DNA of 64,000 nt, taken from the NCBI GenBank assembly GCA_037439845.1, contig JBBIVF010000001.1, positions 1,842 through 65,841 on the forward strand, in the 5' to 3' direction. A program made the position numbers and the translations under genes. Positions 38,163 through 48,124 of this stretch are shown here, in pieces. This stretch comes from Candidatus Woesearchaeota archaeon (GTDB lineage Archaea > Nanobdellota > Nanobdellia > Woesearchaeales > JBBIVF01). The notes below the pieces were generated by a model. It did not search any database and was not told where the DNA came from. It saw only the letters and a program-made list of their open reading frames with translations. Numbering within the stretch: position 1 is the stretch's first letter; every line of letters starts with the position of its first letter.

Positions 38163-38852
38163 ATGATAAAAATCAACAATATAGCAATTATAGGCACTTC
38201 ACATGTTTCAAGGAATTCTGTGAAAGAAATAGAAGCATTTATTGAAAAGAACAAACCTGACATTATCGCGATTGAACTTGATGCTCAGAGGTTGCAGGCA
38301 CTGATAAAGAAAAAAAAGTCAAAACCTTCATTTTCTATGATAAGAGAATTCGGCTTCAAAGGTTTTGTCTTTTTAATATTAGGTTCATTAGCCCAGAAAA
38401 TAATCGGCAAGCGATTGCAGATAATGCCTGGCTCTGATATGTATGCCGCATTTAAACAGGCAAAAAAAAATTCTCTTAAAATCGCTCTTATTGATCAGGA
38501 TATTCGCATAACCTTAAGAAGATTCTCAAAGAATTTCAAGTTCAGGGATTTTTTCTCGATGATAAAGGATTTTTTAAAAGGCATATTTATTCCGAAAAAA
38601 CAGCTGAAAAATCTAGGTTTAGACAAGCTTGCTATTGGCCAAGTTCCTGAGGATGAAGTTGTTGAAGCAATAATCAAACACATGCAAAAACATTATCCTG
38701 GCATTTACAAGAGTTTGATAGATGAACGCAATAAACTAATGGCAATAAATCTTCTTACATTACACCATAATTTTCCTGAAAAATCTATCTTGGCAGTAGT
38801 GGGAAAAGGCCATGAAAAAGGTATTATGGAAATACTCAGCAAAAACCTTTAA
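38163..38852 (+). CDS. TraB/GumN/PrgY family protein
   Basis: N-terminal IIGTSHVSRNSVKEIEAFIEKNKPDIIAIELDAQR matches the TraB-family signature (GTAHVS...VELD). Confidence 0.55.
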   Translation: MIKINNIAIIGTSHVSRNSVKEIEAFIEKNKPDIIAIELDAQRLQALIKKKKSKPSFSMIREFGFKGFVFLILGSLAQKIIGKRLQIMPGSDMYAAFKQAKKNSLKIALIDQDIRITLRRFSKNFKFRDFFSMIKDFLKGIFIPKKQLKNLGLDKLAIGQVPEDEVVEAIIKHMQKHYPGIYKSLIDERNKLMAINLLTLHHNFPEKSILAVVGKGHEKGIMEILSKNL

Positions 38853-38878
38853 ATAGTTCATTCCTTAATATAATATAG

Positions 38879-39607
38879 ATGAGTGTGTTCAGCTATTCAA
38901 TCAGGAAATATTTCACATTTTCAAAAAATGAGATTTGGGGAATTCTTCTCTCTATAATTATTTTGTCCATAATTACAGGTATAGATGATGGTAAAGAGCA
39001 GTTCATCTGGATTCAATGGCTCAATAATTTCATTTCTATTCTGCTTTTAATGAGTTTGATTATGATAGTATTTGTGACGTCAAAGAAACTGCTTGCATTG
39101 AAGCGTGGTTTTTCATGTGAATACAAACCATGGCTTTTGGGTCTTTTTTTCGGTCTTATTGTGGCATTAGTGTCAAAAGGTAAAATATGGTATTTTCTTG
39201 TTCCAGGAGGATTTGCCTTACATCACATAGTCAAGCTTAGAATTGGAAAATACAAGCCACAAGGCTCGTTTCTGGAAATGGCGATGATAGGCCTTATAGG
39301 TCCTTTGTCTGTTCTGACCTTGGCAATTTTATTCAAAATGGCAGGAGCATTCTCAACAACCAACCTTTTCTTTGAGAAGGCTATGATTATCTGTTGTGTG
39401 TTTGCAGTTGCCAATGCATTGCCTATTCCTCCATTGGACGGCTCCCATATGTTCTATGTGAGCAGAAAATCTTACATATTCTTTTTCTTCTTTTTCTTAG
39501 CTACTGCTTTGCTGATGTTCTTTTTCAATATAATAATCAGCATCATTGCGGCAATGATATTAGGAGCGATAATGATGGTGCTTTTCACCATAACAATTGA
39601 AAGATGA
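38879..39607 (+). CDS. Polytopic membrane protein, site-2-protease-like (LDG motif present, HExxH not evident)
   Basis: NALPIPPLDGSHMFY resembles the S2P N..P..LDGG motif. Several TM helices. Confidence 0.3.
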   Translation: MSVFSYSIRKYFTFSKNEIWGILLSIIILSIITGIDDGKEQFIWIQWLNNFISILLLMSLIMIVFVTSKKLLALKRGFSCEYKPWLLGLFFGLIVALVSKGKIWYFLVPGGFALHHIVKLRIGKYKPQGSFLEMAMIGLIGPLSVLTLAILFKMAGAFSTTNLFFEKAMIICCVFAVANALPIPPLDGSHMFYVSRKSYIFFFFFFLATALLMFFFNIIISIIAAMILGAIMMVLFTITIER

Positions 39608-39927
39608 GCTTTGATTTTAACAGGGATTGGGTAGAGTATATTTTCTTGGTTTTGTTTGTGATAGGGTTTTTGCTTCCTTTGATGATAAACAACAAGATAG
39701 TTTCAATTATAGTTATATTCTTGTCAGGCATATTTTCAGGAGCAATCTTACATAGAGGAAAAAAGCATTCGAGGTTTGTTGTTTATTCAATAATTGCAGT
39801 AGGATTTCTCGCGGGTTATGTCATAGGCTCATTCAATCACAGCAGGATTGCAACATTATTGCTGTTTGTCATCGGAAATCTTGTTGGGTTTTATCTTTTA
39901 AAGAAAGAGTATATTAAGTTCTTCTGA
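39604..39927 (+). CDS. Small membrane protein (3 TM)
   Basis: 107 aa, hydrophobic. Start overlaps the upstream stop. Confidence 0.35.
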   Translation: MSFDFNRDWVEYIFLVLFVIGFLLPLMINNKIVSIIVIFLSGIFSGAILHRGKKHSRFVVYSIIAVGFLAGYVIGSFNHSRIATLLLFVIGNLVGFYLLKKEYIKFF

Positions 39928-39958
39928 ATTTTAAGATATATTAAGAAAAAATTTAAAA

Positions 39959-40360
39959 TCATTTACTCTCTTCTACTGTCTCAAACATTGCCAATAATCC
40001 TGGCTTTAAAGCTTCTGGGTCTGTTATTTTATCATGGATGTGAGGTTTTAGGGCCCATTTCTTGTCAAGGGAAGATTCTGGGTTAATGAAAAAAATAGAG
40101 AGATTAGGATATTCTTTTAGACTATTCCAGTTTTTTATCAAGAATTCAACATGCTCTTTTTTGTTGGGAAATAGTATAGTCAAATATTCTTTCTTGTCAT
40201 ATTTCTTTATTTCATCTAAAGTAGGTTTTATTAGAATTTTTAGAATTTTATCAGTGAAATGCACCTCTGTAACAGAATCTTTCTTTATGATATCCTTTAT
40301 CTTCTTCTCAAAGACATCTCTTGCTTTCAGGAATTGTATGTACCATTCTTCTAGTTCCAT
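39959..40360 (-). CDS. Hypothetical protein, downstream partner of 40351..40965
   Basis: 133 aa. Start is 9 nt inside the upstream gene end, so the two are co-translated as a pair. Confidence 0.4.
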   Translation of the reverse strand: MELEEWYIQFLKARDVFEKKIKDIIKKDSVTEVHFTDKILKILIKPTLDEIKKYDKKEYLTILFPNKKEHVEFLIKNWNSLKEYPNLSIFFINPESSLDKKWALKPHIHDKITDPEALKPGLLAMFETVEESK

Positions 40361-40965
40361 ATTAACTCAGCCTTGTTAGGATCAAATACATATGCTTCAT
40401 TTTCATCGAAATATCCGCACCTGAAATTCTCGAGTGGAATATTTGTCCTTTTGGAAAGCATCCTGGCATAAAAATATACCTGAAAGGGTGCATATTTTTC
40501 TTTATATGCTTTTGGTTTATAGTCCCATATCCATATTTTATTGTCTTCTATCCTGAGAACATCAATATGACCTGTGACAGGAAAACTTGAGTTGAAGATG
40601 TGCTTGTATTCCTGCATTTCATTTTCTTCAAGCCATAATGGAACTTCTGTTGCAATTGTTGCATTGTCGTGATTTAGCATGAAGAGTTGTATTGTTGTAT
40701 GTGGTGAATGTGTCTTGTTTTGCATTGCTATTTCTGCCAGTTTTGATATTTCATGGCCTTTGAGATTATAAAGCTCTGCTTTCAGATTAATTTTTTGCTT
40801 GGATATTCTCGGGCCTTTTCTAAAATAATCATCAGGACAATTTTCTAGCACATTCTCGAGAAATATTTTCAGGGTGTTAAAATCTTTTGATATTGAATCC
40901 AATTTAGATTTATGCAATCTATAATGATAGAACCAGCCGTGCTCAAAAGATTTATACAATATCAT
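40351..40965 (-). CDS. Hypothetical protein with a putative PD-(D/E)xK nuclease-like core
   Basis: 204 aa. PVTGHIDVLRIEDNKIWIWDYKPKAYK fits the hhD...(D/E)xK restriction-endonuclease fold pattern. Confidence 0.4.
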   Translation of the reverse strand: MILYKSFEHGWFYHYRLHKSKLDSISKDFNTLKIFLENVLENCPDDYFRKGPRISKQKINLKAELYNLKGHEISKLAEIAMQNKTHSPHTTIQLFMLNHDNATIATEVPLWLEENEMQEYKHIFNSSFPVTGHIDVLRIEDNKIWIWDYKPKAYKEKYAPFQVYFYARMLSKRTNIPLENFRCGYFDENEAYVFDPNKAELIWN

Positions 40966-40983
40966 AGAAAAAAATTAAAAAAT

Positions 40984-41184
40984 TTATTTTTTTCTCTCGA
41001 ATTTTTGCATTTCTTTCTCAATTCTAAACTCTTCTCTTGCTATTTTTCTTGCCATTCTCTCTATGTTCAAGTCCATTCTGGCAATTCTTCTCTCCAAAAG
41101 GACCATTATTCTCATTGAGTAAACTATTGCAGCTAATGTGGCTATAATTATGGCCAATGTTACGCCTTCAACGCTAAGTGCCAT
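40984..41184 (-). CDS. Small single-TM protein with a basic coiled tail
   Basis: 66 aa. A TM helix (LAIIIATLAAIVYSMRIMVLL) then an R/K-rich helix. Confidence 0.3.
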   Translation of the reverse strand: MALSVEGVTLAIIIATLAAIVYSMRIMVLLERRIARMDLNIERMARKIAREEFRIEKEMQKFERKK

Positions 41185-41649
41185 GCTATCAACCTCCTTT
41201 GAATATAATTATAATATAATTATTTGATTTTTATTTTGATTTTTTTATGATTATTTTCTATATTGGCTAATGTATTTATAAATGTTTTTGAAGGACTTAA
41301 CTGTGTTTATTTTTTATTTTTTTTTTATTTTTAACTACTTTTTAGGGGTTAAAATAGGAAAGATTTATATAGATGAGATATATGACAGTAAGTAATATGA
41401 TAAAGCTTTTTAAAAAAAAATAAAAGAAAATTAGGTGTTGTATGTGCTTTTTTGACAATTTCTCTTGGTGGAATATTTTATTATAAAAATATATTCATCA
41501 GCAAGAAAAATCGCACCTCAGTAAATGATTTTTTTATTTTAAAATTTCTTCCAGCAAAACTTTCTTTTCATTAGATATTTTGGTTTTATTTTCTTCCTAA
41601 TCAAAAGCATAAACACAGTTCATATCTTGATTATAACCAATATATTTTT

Positions 41650-41990
41650 CTATTTTATTTTGTTCGATATTTTTTTTATTAATGTTGGATAAATTAAACT
41701 TAAAGCATCAGGACTTTTAAAACCATAAATTCTTCCTAATTTTGCTGTTGCATATATATCACATCTAGTATCAACATCAATAAATTCTACTTTTTCTTTT
41801 AAAGAATTTCCTAGTATCTTTTCAAGATCTTTTTTTAATGCCCTGTAAGGAATAGACCCTTTTGCTCCAAATATAATAAGTTTATTTTTATCAAGAGCAT
41901 CTAAAAATATTTTTTATATCTTTCATAAGTCTCGTTAAAAGAATCTCCACAAGTTTTTTCTATATCTCTTTGTAAAAATGAAACAGTCAT
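41650..41990 (-). pseudogene. Small gene with an apparent +1 frameshift, unknown function
   Basis: Minus-strand translation gives MTVSFLQRDIEKTCGDSFNETYERYKKYF then a stop. A second frame continues DALDKNKLIIFGAKGSIPYRALKKDLEKILGNSLKEKVEFIDVDTRCDIYATAKLGRIYGFKSPDALSLIYPTLIKKISNKIK. It is absent from the ORF track because the long frame lacks an ATG. Confidence 0.3.
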
Positions 41991-41997
41991 TGCAATA

Positions 41998-42276
41998 TTA
42001 TGCAGGTACGCAACCTCCGCACCATTCATCTACAGTTCCATCACTATAAGTACACTTATAACACTGTCTTTCATAATTAGGAGGACATTCGTAAATTCTC
42101 GTTCCTGTCCTCTCACACAATTTTAGATGTGCGGGTTCTACAATGTTTGCTTCTCCTGCAATATTTTGATTTGGCAATACAATTTGACTATGATTTCCGG
42201 TTATTAATACTACCAATGCAACAATTGCAACAATCGCAACAATCGCAAGATATGCGAATGATGTTTTTTTTTCCAT
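41998..42276 (-). CDS. Small secreted Cys-rich protein
   Basis: 92 aa. N-terminal hydrophobic segment. Six Cys in the mature part (CERTGTRIYECPPNYERQCYKCTYSDGTVDEWCGGC). Confidence 0.45.
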   Translation of the reverse strand: MEKKTSFAYLAIVAIVAIVALVVLITGNHSQIVLPNQNIAGEANIVEPAHLKLCERTGTRIYECPPNYERQCYKCTYSDGTVDEWCGGCVPA

Positions 42277-42436
42277 TTTCTAACACCTCGTTTTTTTTTA
42301 TTGTTTTTTAATTTATGAATATATGCCTTTTTTTAGACTAACTTGTATATAAAGATTATCTAAAAAAATCAAAAAACAAAGAAAAAATAAAAGAAAAAAG
42401 GAAGGTAATAGTATTATGATAGTATTGTGAAAATGT

Positions 42437-43240
42437 TTATTTCATTGGTTTCATGTTTTTCCAATGAGCATCAAAAAGCTTTTCCATTGTGTTTGCGAAG
42501 AAATCTGTATTGACCCAAACACCAACATCATAAGAAGGATGCACATCCTTGTCATCAAGAAGCATGAAGGCCATCTCTTTTCCGTCAACAATGACGAATC
42601 TTGAAACAAAGTCGCTTGAATGCCTGACATCAGCAAACTTCGAAACTGCTTTGAGAGCTTCTTTTGAATCTGGTGTTATTGGTGCTGCTATTCTTATATT
42701 TACACCTCTTTCTTTGGCTTTTTCGAGAAGTCTCTTGAAATTCTCTGCTTTTCTCAAGAAACCTTGCTTAGTTGTACATATTGTAATAGATTTTTTGGCA
42801 TTTTTTAACATCAATTCAATGTGGTTATAGATGTTATTTCTGCCTTTGAAAGCGCCAGAAAGATCAGTTGAATCGACGAGCTCTATGCCTTGATTGTGCA
42901 ACATTTTTAATTCTTCGAGAACTTCAGAGCCTTTTAATGATTCCAGTGCTTTTGCTTGTCTTTCTGATTCTTCTTTAATTCTTTTTTTTACTCTTTCAAA
43001 AACTTCTTCAGGAGGCACTGCTAAATATTTTATGGGCTTGCCAAGTTTCATCATTATAAAGCCTTTCTTTTCAAGTGACTCGAGAACATCATATGACCTT
43101 GACCTTGGAACATTAGCAATGTCAGAAAGCTCTCCTGCTGTTGAAACTCCTCTTGATAAAAGAGCAGTCCAAAGTTTTGATTCATAAGAATTTAGACCAA
43201 ACTCTTTGAGTTTATTTAAAAATTCTTTTTGCACAATCAT
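42437..43240 (-). CDS. TrmB-family transcriptional regulator (paralog of 21244..22053)
   Basis: Identical wHTH segment WTALLSRGVSTAGELSDIANVPRSRSYDVLESLEKKGF. The nucleotides 43073-43145 are identical to 21889-21961. Confidence 0.75.
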   Translation of the reverse strand: MIVQKEFLNKLKEFGLNSYESKLWTALLSRGVSTAGELSDIANVPRSRSYDVLESLEKKGFIMMKLGKPIKYLAVPPEEVFERVKKRIKEESERQAKALESLKGSEVLEELKMLHNQGIELVDSTDLSGAFKGRNNIYNHIELMLKNAKKSITICTTKQGFLRKAENFKRLLEKAKERGVNIRIAAPITPDSKEALKAVSKFADVRHSSDFVSRFVIVDGKEMAFMLLDDKDVHPSYDVGVWVNTDFFANTMEKLFDAHWKNMKPMK

Positions 43241-43425
43241 TTTCTATACCTTCCATTTTTAATAATGATTATCAACACCCTCTAAACACCTCTAGATATC
43301 AAACTCTGATAATAAGAGAGGGAATAGCCAACTCGTATTTAAATGTTTCCATTCCTTTACTATTCTGCAGTAATGAAATTATTTTCCTATATTTTTATAA
43401 AATTGGGGGCTTTAAGAGTGTTAAA

Positions 43426-44616
43426 ATGAATATTACAAAAACAGAAAAGCTAAAAGTTTTGGATATAAAAGAAGAAAACTCTAAAACTTATGTGCTTCTT
43501 GAAAGCAAGCTGTTTTATGCTGGCGGAGGCGGCCAACCCCCGGACACAGGTGTCATTGAGACAGAAAACAGGGAAGAAAACAGAGAACATGCTAATATTG
43601 TTAATATAGAAAAAAATGAGAATAGGAGCTGGTTTGAGTTAGACAAAAAAATAGAGTTGAAAAAAGGGGAAGAGGTAATTTTGAAATTAAATGTTGAAAG
43701 AAGAGAGAAATTAATGAGAATGCATAGCGGAGAGCATATTTTCTTTAAAGCATTACAAAAAGTAAAAGAAAATCTTCTTCTTGACAAAATAGACCTTGAC
43801 GAGAATGAAAGCAGTATTTTTGTTTTAGCAGACAAATTAGAATGGGATGATGTGTTGAAAGCAGAGAAATTGGCTAATGAAGTAATCAAGAAAAGAATAA
43901 ATGTGCAAGAGATATTTGTGAAGAAAGATGAGGTGGAAAAGTATCCTGAACTGAGAATAAAGAAGGAGAGAATAAAAGAGAATGAAGTGAGGATAATAAA
44001 GATAAATGATTTTGACCTGAGTGCATGCAAAGGAACGCATGTGAAAAATACTTCAGAAATAGGTAATTTTCTTGTCACAAAATTTAATTGCTTGGGAAAT
44101 AAATATGAGATAAAGTTTAAAGTGAATGTTGATGAAGATCTTTTTCTTTTAGCAGCGCAATCAAGGAAGATTGCTTCATTGGTAAATGCAGATGTGAATG
44201 AAATATTTGACAGGATAAAAGTAATAATGACAGAAAAGGAAGCGCTTAAGGAGAAAGTAAGAAAATTTTCTGAATATGTTGTTGAAAAATATGAAAAAGA
44301 AAAATTGGGTGATATTGAGTTTTATAGTGCTATCTACGACGATGTTGAAAAAAGAAAAATGATAGACAAGGCGAATGAGATAATCAATAATGGAAAAGAA
44401 AAGAAAGTATTGGTATTTATCAACAAGACGAAAGAGAAAAATGAGATTCTCATTTGCTGTACGCAAGATTCAGGATATAAGGCCAATGAGTTGTTAAAAA
44501 TCATCTTTGAATTTGGAGGAAAAGGAGGAGGTAATGAAAAAATTGTTCAAGGAAGCTTTTCTGGAGAGCCTGCTTTTGTGATAAATAAAATAAAAGAGAG
44601 ATTATATGTTGAATAA
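43426..44616 (+). CDS. alaX: Alanyl-tRNA editing protein AlaX (AlaRS editing-domain homolog with a DHHA1-like C-terminus)
   Basis: Zn-binding motifs HSGEHIFF and CKGTH. C-terminal GGKGGG. Confidence 0.7.
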   Translation: MNITKTEKLKVLDIKEENSKTYVLLESKLFYAGGGGQPPDTGVIETENREENREHANIVNIEKNENRSWFELDKKIELKKGEEVILKLNVERREKLMRMHSGEHIFFKALQKVKENLLLDKIDLDENESSIFVLADKLEWDDVLKAEKLANEVIKKRINVQEIFVKKDEVEKYPELRIKKERIKENEVRIIKINDFDLSACKGTHVKNTSEIGNFLVTKFNCLGNKYEIKFKVNVDEDLFLLAAQSRKIASLVNADVNEIFDRIKVIMTEKEALKEKVRKFSEYVVEKYEKEKLGDIEFYSAIYDDVEKRKMIDKANEIINNGKEKKVLVFINKTKEKNEILICCTQDSGYKANELLKIIFEFGGKGGGNEKIVQGSFSGEPAFVINKIKERLYVE

Positions 44617-45804
44617 TTTCTTTGTTTTTTGTAAAAAGTCCTTTTCATATTCTTCTTGATTTGTTATTTTTTCTGCTGAGAGTGATGTGATCAGTTGTTT
44701 GATCAATTCTGGGCCTATTTTGACATCTGCATTCTTGAAAGTGAAATTAGAGCTGAATTCCTTTATCAATGTCTCTTCTACAAGGTCTTGTGATGTTTCT
44801 TTTGTCCTGACCTCCCTGAGTTGCTTGCTTATGAGCTTTGAGGTGTTTCTCATTACATAGAAAGCATTTCTTTTCAAAGCTTCAGAATTTATGAGATTGA
44901 AATTTATGTCAGAAACTTTCACATCAATAGCACCAAAAAGCCTTAGTGTTAATATCTTTTGCGATAGATCTTCAGGAAACTGATTGATGATTTTTTGTTC
45001 TATTTGGGCAGGAGTAAGATTAGTGCAATCAAGAGCAATGGATATTGTTGAGATATTATCTAAGTTTATTCTTTTTATTTTTCCATTATCATATATCACG
45101 AAACTGCCGTGCTTGAGTTTTTCCAATTCTGAGAAATTAACAGGAAAAATAGGGCCTGGATACACGATATTCTTGTAACCTGGAATAGTGATGTCTGTGG
45201 TTATGTGAATGTGGCCTCCTGCGTAATAGTCGAAATTTTTAGGAAGCAAAGAACATGGAATGGAGTTCATCTCTGACATTTCTTCTGGTTTCAGCTCTGA
45301 AAGAGAGGTATGAAAGATGAAAATCTTGAAACCCTCTGCAGATTCAAGAGGTTCTCGGTTGAGTTGCTCATAGTATTCCTTCTCAAGCATATTTCTTTTT
45401 CCTAGTATGCCTGTGATTTTGGCTCCTGTTTTTTTGTCAATTGTGAATTTGAGATTTAATCTTCCATTTTTGTCTTGCTCTCCTTTCAACACATTGACTA
45501 GCATTCCTGTATGCTCTAAAATATCTATGATTGTTTTGCCAGAAGAGCTATAATCATGAGAGCCTGCCACCAGATATACTGGAATATTATTCTCTTTTAA
45601 TCTTTTTAATTGAAGAACTGTCTCTTTTAGGTTGTCTATTCCAGGCATTGCGACATTGAAAAGATCACCTGCGATGATGACAAAATCTACATTTTCTTTC
45701 AAAGAAATGTCTATTGCCTGCTTAAAATTATCTAGAATGATTTTTGATAATTTCGGGTCATTATATGCTCCTATATGGATATCTGCGAGGTGGGTAAATT
45801 TCAT
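44602..45804 (-). CDS. mre11: DNA double-strand-break repair nuclease Mre11
   Basis: Phosphoesterase motifs HLADIHIG, GDLFN, GSHDYS and GGHIH. Start taken at internal Met (MKFTHLADIH); track ORF extends to 45891. Confidence 0.75.
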   Translation of the reverse strand: MKFTHLADIHIGAYNDPKLSKIILDNFKQAIDISLKENVDFVIIAGDLFNVAMPGIDNLKETVLQLKRLKENNIPVYLVAGSHDYSSSGKTIIDILEHTGMLVNVLKGEQDKNGRLNLKFTIDKKTGAKITGILGKRNMLEKEYYEQLNREPLESAEGFKIFIFHTSLSELKPEEMSEMNSIPCSLLPKNFDYYAGGHIHITTDITIPGYKNIVYPGPIFPVNFSELEKLKHGSFVIYDNGKIKRINLDNISTISIALDCTNLTPAQIEQKIINQFPEDLSQKILTLRLFGAIDVKVSDINFNLINSEALKRNAFYVMRNTSKLISKQLREVRTKETSQDLVEETLIKEFSSNFTFKNADVKIGPELIKQLITSLSAEKITNQEEYEKDFLQKTKKLFNI

Positions 45805-45933
45805 ATGCTTTGTTAAAAAAAAGGTGTTATTATTATGTTTTGTTATGGAAATTGTATAAACAAGGTATTTATAACTACTTATTAATGACAATAAAAGGAA
45901 ATATTTAAAAAGAGAAAAAAATTCACTTTTTTT

Positions 45934-46497
45934 ATGGACACTATTTCAAAGACTTTATTGAAGACTTTGAATGATTCTGAAAATGGTCTTCAGAAATTAA
46001 TGCAACATTTCTATCCCAGACAGTCTTCTATTTTTCCAAAAGAAGCAAATTTGGATGAGTTGGTAAAAGCAATGAAAGAGAACAAGATTGTTATTGTGGG
46101 TGAGATGCATTCATCAGAGTATCATGAAAATGAAAAGAAGATTTTAAGTTATCTCAACAATGGACACAAGATATATATTGGCGATGAAATCATAGAAGAT
46201 GCTCAAGACCTGTCTTCTGTTATTGAGAATAAAGAATATTTTTGTTTATGGAAAGAAAATAATGAGAATTGCAATGCAGAAGCCGCAAACAGTATTGCTG
46301 CCTTGGCCACAGAAAGTGATGCCTCTGTTTTTGCTGTTGTTGGAAATGCACATATTCTTTCTGAAAAAAGTATTCAATATTATCTCTTAAAGAAATCCAT
46401 TGTTCCTTTAGTAATAGAACAAAAAATTGAGGAGAAACCCTTAAAAATCATAAAATATTCTGATTATTTCTATGTTGTTAAAGGCAAATTATACTAA
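45934..46497 (+). CDS. Hypothetical protein, possibly ChaN/Tiki/TraB-superfamily-like
   Basis: 187 aa. IVIVGEMHSSEYHE resembles the GE.H...H motif of ChaN-like proteins. Weak. Confidence 0.3.
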   Translation: MDTISKTLLKTLNDSENGLQKLMQHFYPRQSSIFPKEANLDELVKAMKENKIVIVGEMHSSEYHENEKKILSYLNNGHKIYIGDEIIEDAQDLSSVIENKEYFCLWKENNENCNAEAANSIAALATESDASVFAVVGNAHILSEKSIQYYLLKKSIVPLVIEQKIEEKPLKIIKYSDYFYVVKGKLY

Positions 46498-46757
46498 GCA
46501 TAATTCTCATATCTTCTGTAGTGTCCATGGAAAATTTGATAATATTTCATGAGCTCATTTAGCTCATCTGAGCTCAATTCTAATCCTTTTCTTAATTGAT
46601 AGTCGCTGATAATAACCAGTGCATTCTTGAGTGTTTTCAATATCTCTTTCAGTTTTTCCTTATCATGCTCTGCATAAAATTTAAGGCTTATTTTGTTCAG
46701 CTGTGCGTTGATTTCCTTGACTTTTTCCATTATTTTCTTATATTCGCTCATTTGCAC
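46494..46757 (-). CDS. Small helical protein
   Basis: 87 aa. Overlaps the upstream gene end by 4 nt. Confidence 0.3.
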   Translation of the reverse strand: MQMSEYKKIMEKVKEINAQLNKISLKFYAEHDKEKLKEILKTLKNALVIISDYQLRKGLELSSDELNELMKYYQIFHGHYRRYENYA

Positions 46758-46803
46758 ACCTCTTTCTTAAAGCTATTATTATTACAGGTAATATTTATTC
46801 TTT

Positions 46804-47382
46804 TTGAAAATATTTAAAAAGAAATTTAGATTAACCTTGATTATGGAAAATAATATAATAAACATAGTAAAAAAACCTTATTTTATTGGAGTTGAGTGTG
46901 AGCTGGATTTTAGGATGAGGAAGTTTATTAAAAACTTGAAAAATCTTGAATGCGATAAAAGCGAGATAAGATTATGTAATTTCAGGGAATTTAGAACTAT
47001 AGATAATGTGAAAGCATTGGTTGATAATTATTATTTTTCTTATTATGGATATGGAGACAAAAATCGTTTGATTGTGGAGCCCCTAAAAAAACAACCCTAT
47101 ATTTGTGTTTTTTTAGCTGAAGAGTTTAAAGAGTTTGATAATCTTCTGGATTTGTTGTATGAAGAACCTGGTTTTGGTCAATATGAGTATCTTTGGAAGC
47201 AGTTTGCTGCGAGAGTTGCTGCAGTCAGGGAAAAAAAGATTCAGTGTAGAGGCACTTATAGTAGAGAATGGTTGTATGACAAAGATAATAAAAAAGATAT
47301 AAATATAATATGGGATTATAATGAAGAACTTAATCTAGAACATAAAGTGAAAATAGAATATCAGGCCAAATTCTTTTTATGA
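46804..47382 (+). CDS. Hypothetical protein
   Basis: 192 aa, no recognisable motif. Likely real start at MENNIINIVKKP (46843). Confidence 0.35.
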   Translation: MKIFKKKFRLTLIMENNIINIVKKPYFIGVECELDFRMRKFIKNLKNLECDKSEIRLCNFREFRTIDNVKALVDNYYFSYYGYGDKNRLIVEPLKKQPYICVFLAEEFKEFDNLLDLLYEEPGFGQYEYLWKQFAARVAAVREKKIQCRGTYSREWLYDKDNKKDINIIWDYNEELNLEHKVKIEYQAKFFL

Positions 47383-47401
47383 ACTAAAGAGTTTATTCTA
47401 T

Positions 47402-48060
47402 TTTGTATTGTTTTTTTATTTTTTTTATTAACTCCAGGGACTTGTTTATTATTTTTGTTGGTTCCATTCCTCTTATATTTTTGAAAAGAATATCTAAATT
47501 GTTTAAGAGAATTGCTATGTTTAAATTGTTTTCTTCTCCTTTATACTTGGAAGCGAACATCAATTCTAGCATTTCATTAATTTTTTGGCCTATTTCGACC
47601 TGCCTTTCTACTATTTGTTTTTTATCAACAAGATTTTGGTCTTTATACCTATATTTGATTAGAATATCTTTTTTATTTTCTTCTTTTTTTTCTATTTTTA
47701 CAAACGTGTTTATAATTGAATTTATTTCTTCACAGAGTTTGAGTGTGTTGTTCAGTTCTTCTGAAATGAGTGCTAAGGATTGATTTTCTTTTATTGTTTC
47801 TTGCAGCTCTTTTGCTTTTGCTTCTAAATTATTTATTATTTTGATAAACGCACCTAAAATATCTAAAAACTCTCTTTCAGCCTTTATTCTTTTATTCAGA
47901 GGTATGTTTTGGTCCAGAAGATTAGTTTTTATAGTTGGAAATTATCTTTAACGCGATTTAAAATTGAAAGATAAATTTTTTGTATTGCGACGAAATTGTC
48001 ACGAAGTTTTTTTAATTCTTTTTCTCTAACCCACATCATTTTCCCTTTCTCCAAATTAAG
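47402..48060 (-). pseudogene. Coiled-coil protein immediately downstream of herA, apparently frameshifted
   Basis: Minus-strand translation gives MMWVREKELKKLRDNFVAIQKIYLSILNRVKDNF... then a stop. An adjacent frame continues about 185 aa of heptad-rich sequence (KRIKAEREFLDILGAFIKIINNLEAKAKELQETIKEN...KINEMLELMFASKYK...) ending near 47402. There is no ATG at the head of the long frame. Confidence 0.3.
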
Positions 48061-48124
48061 AGTGTATTTTTTATTTATTATTTATTTTTTATTTTTTTAA
48101 AGTTTTTTCTTATTTTCTTGTTTT

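Noticed and set aside
43515-44078. 187-aa minus-strand ORF, plus other antisense ORFs, within alaX
   Set aside because: It is a Ser/Phe/Leu-rich artefact of antisense Lys/Glu-rich coding. The AlaX motifs are on the plus strand.
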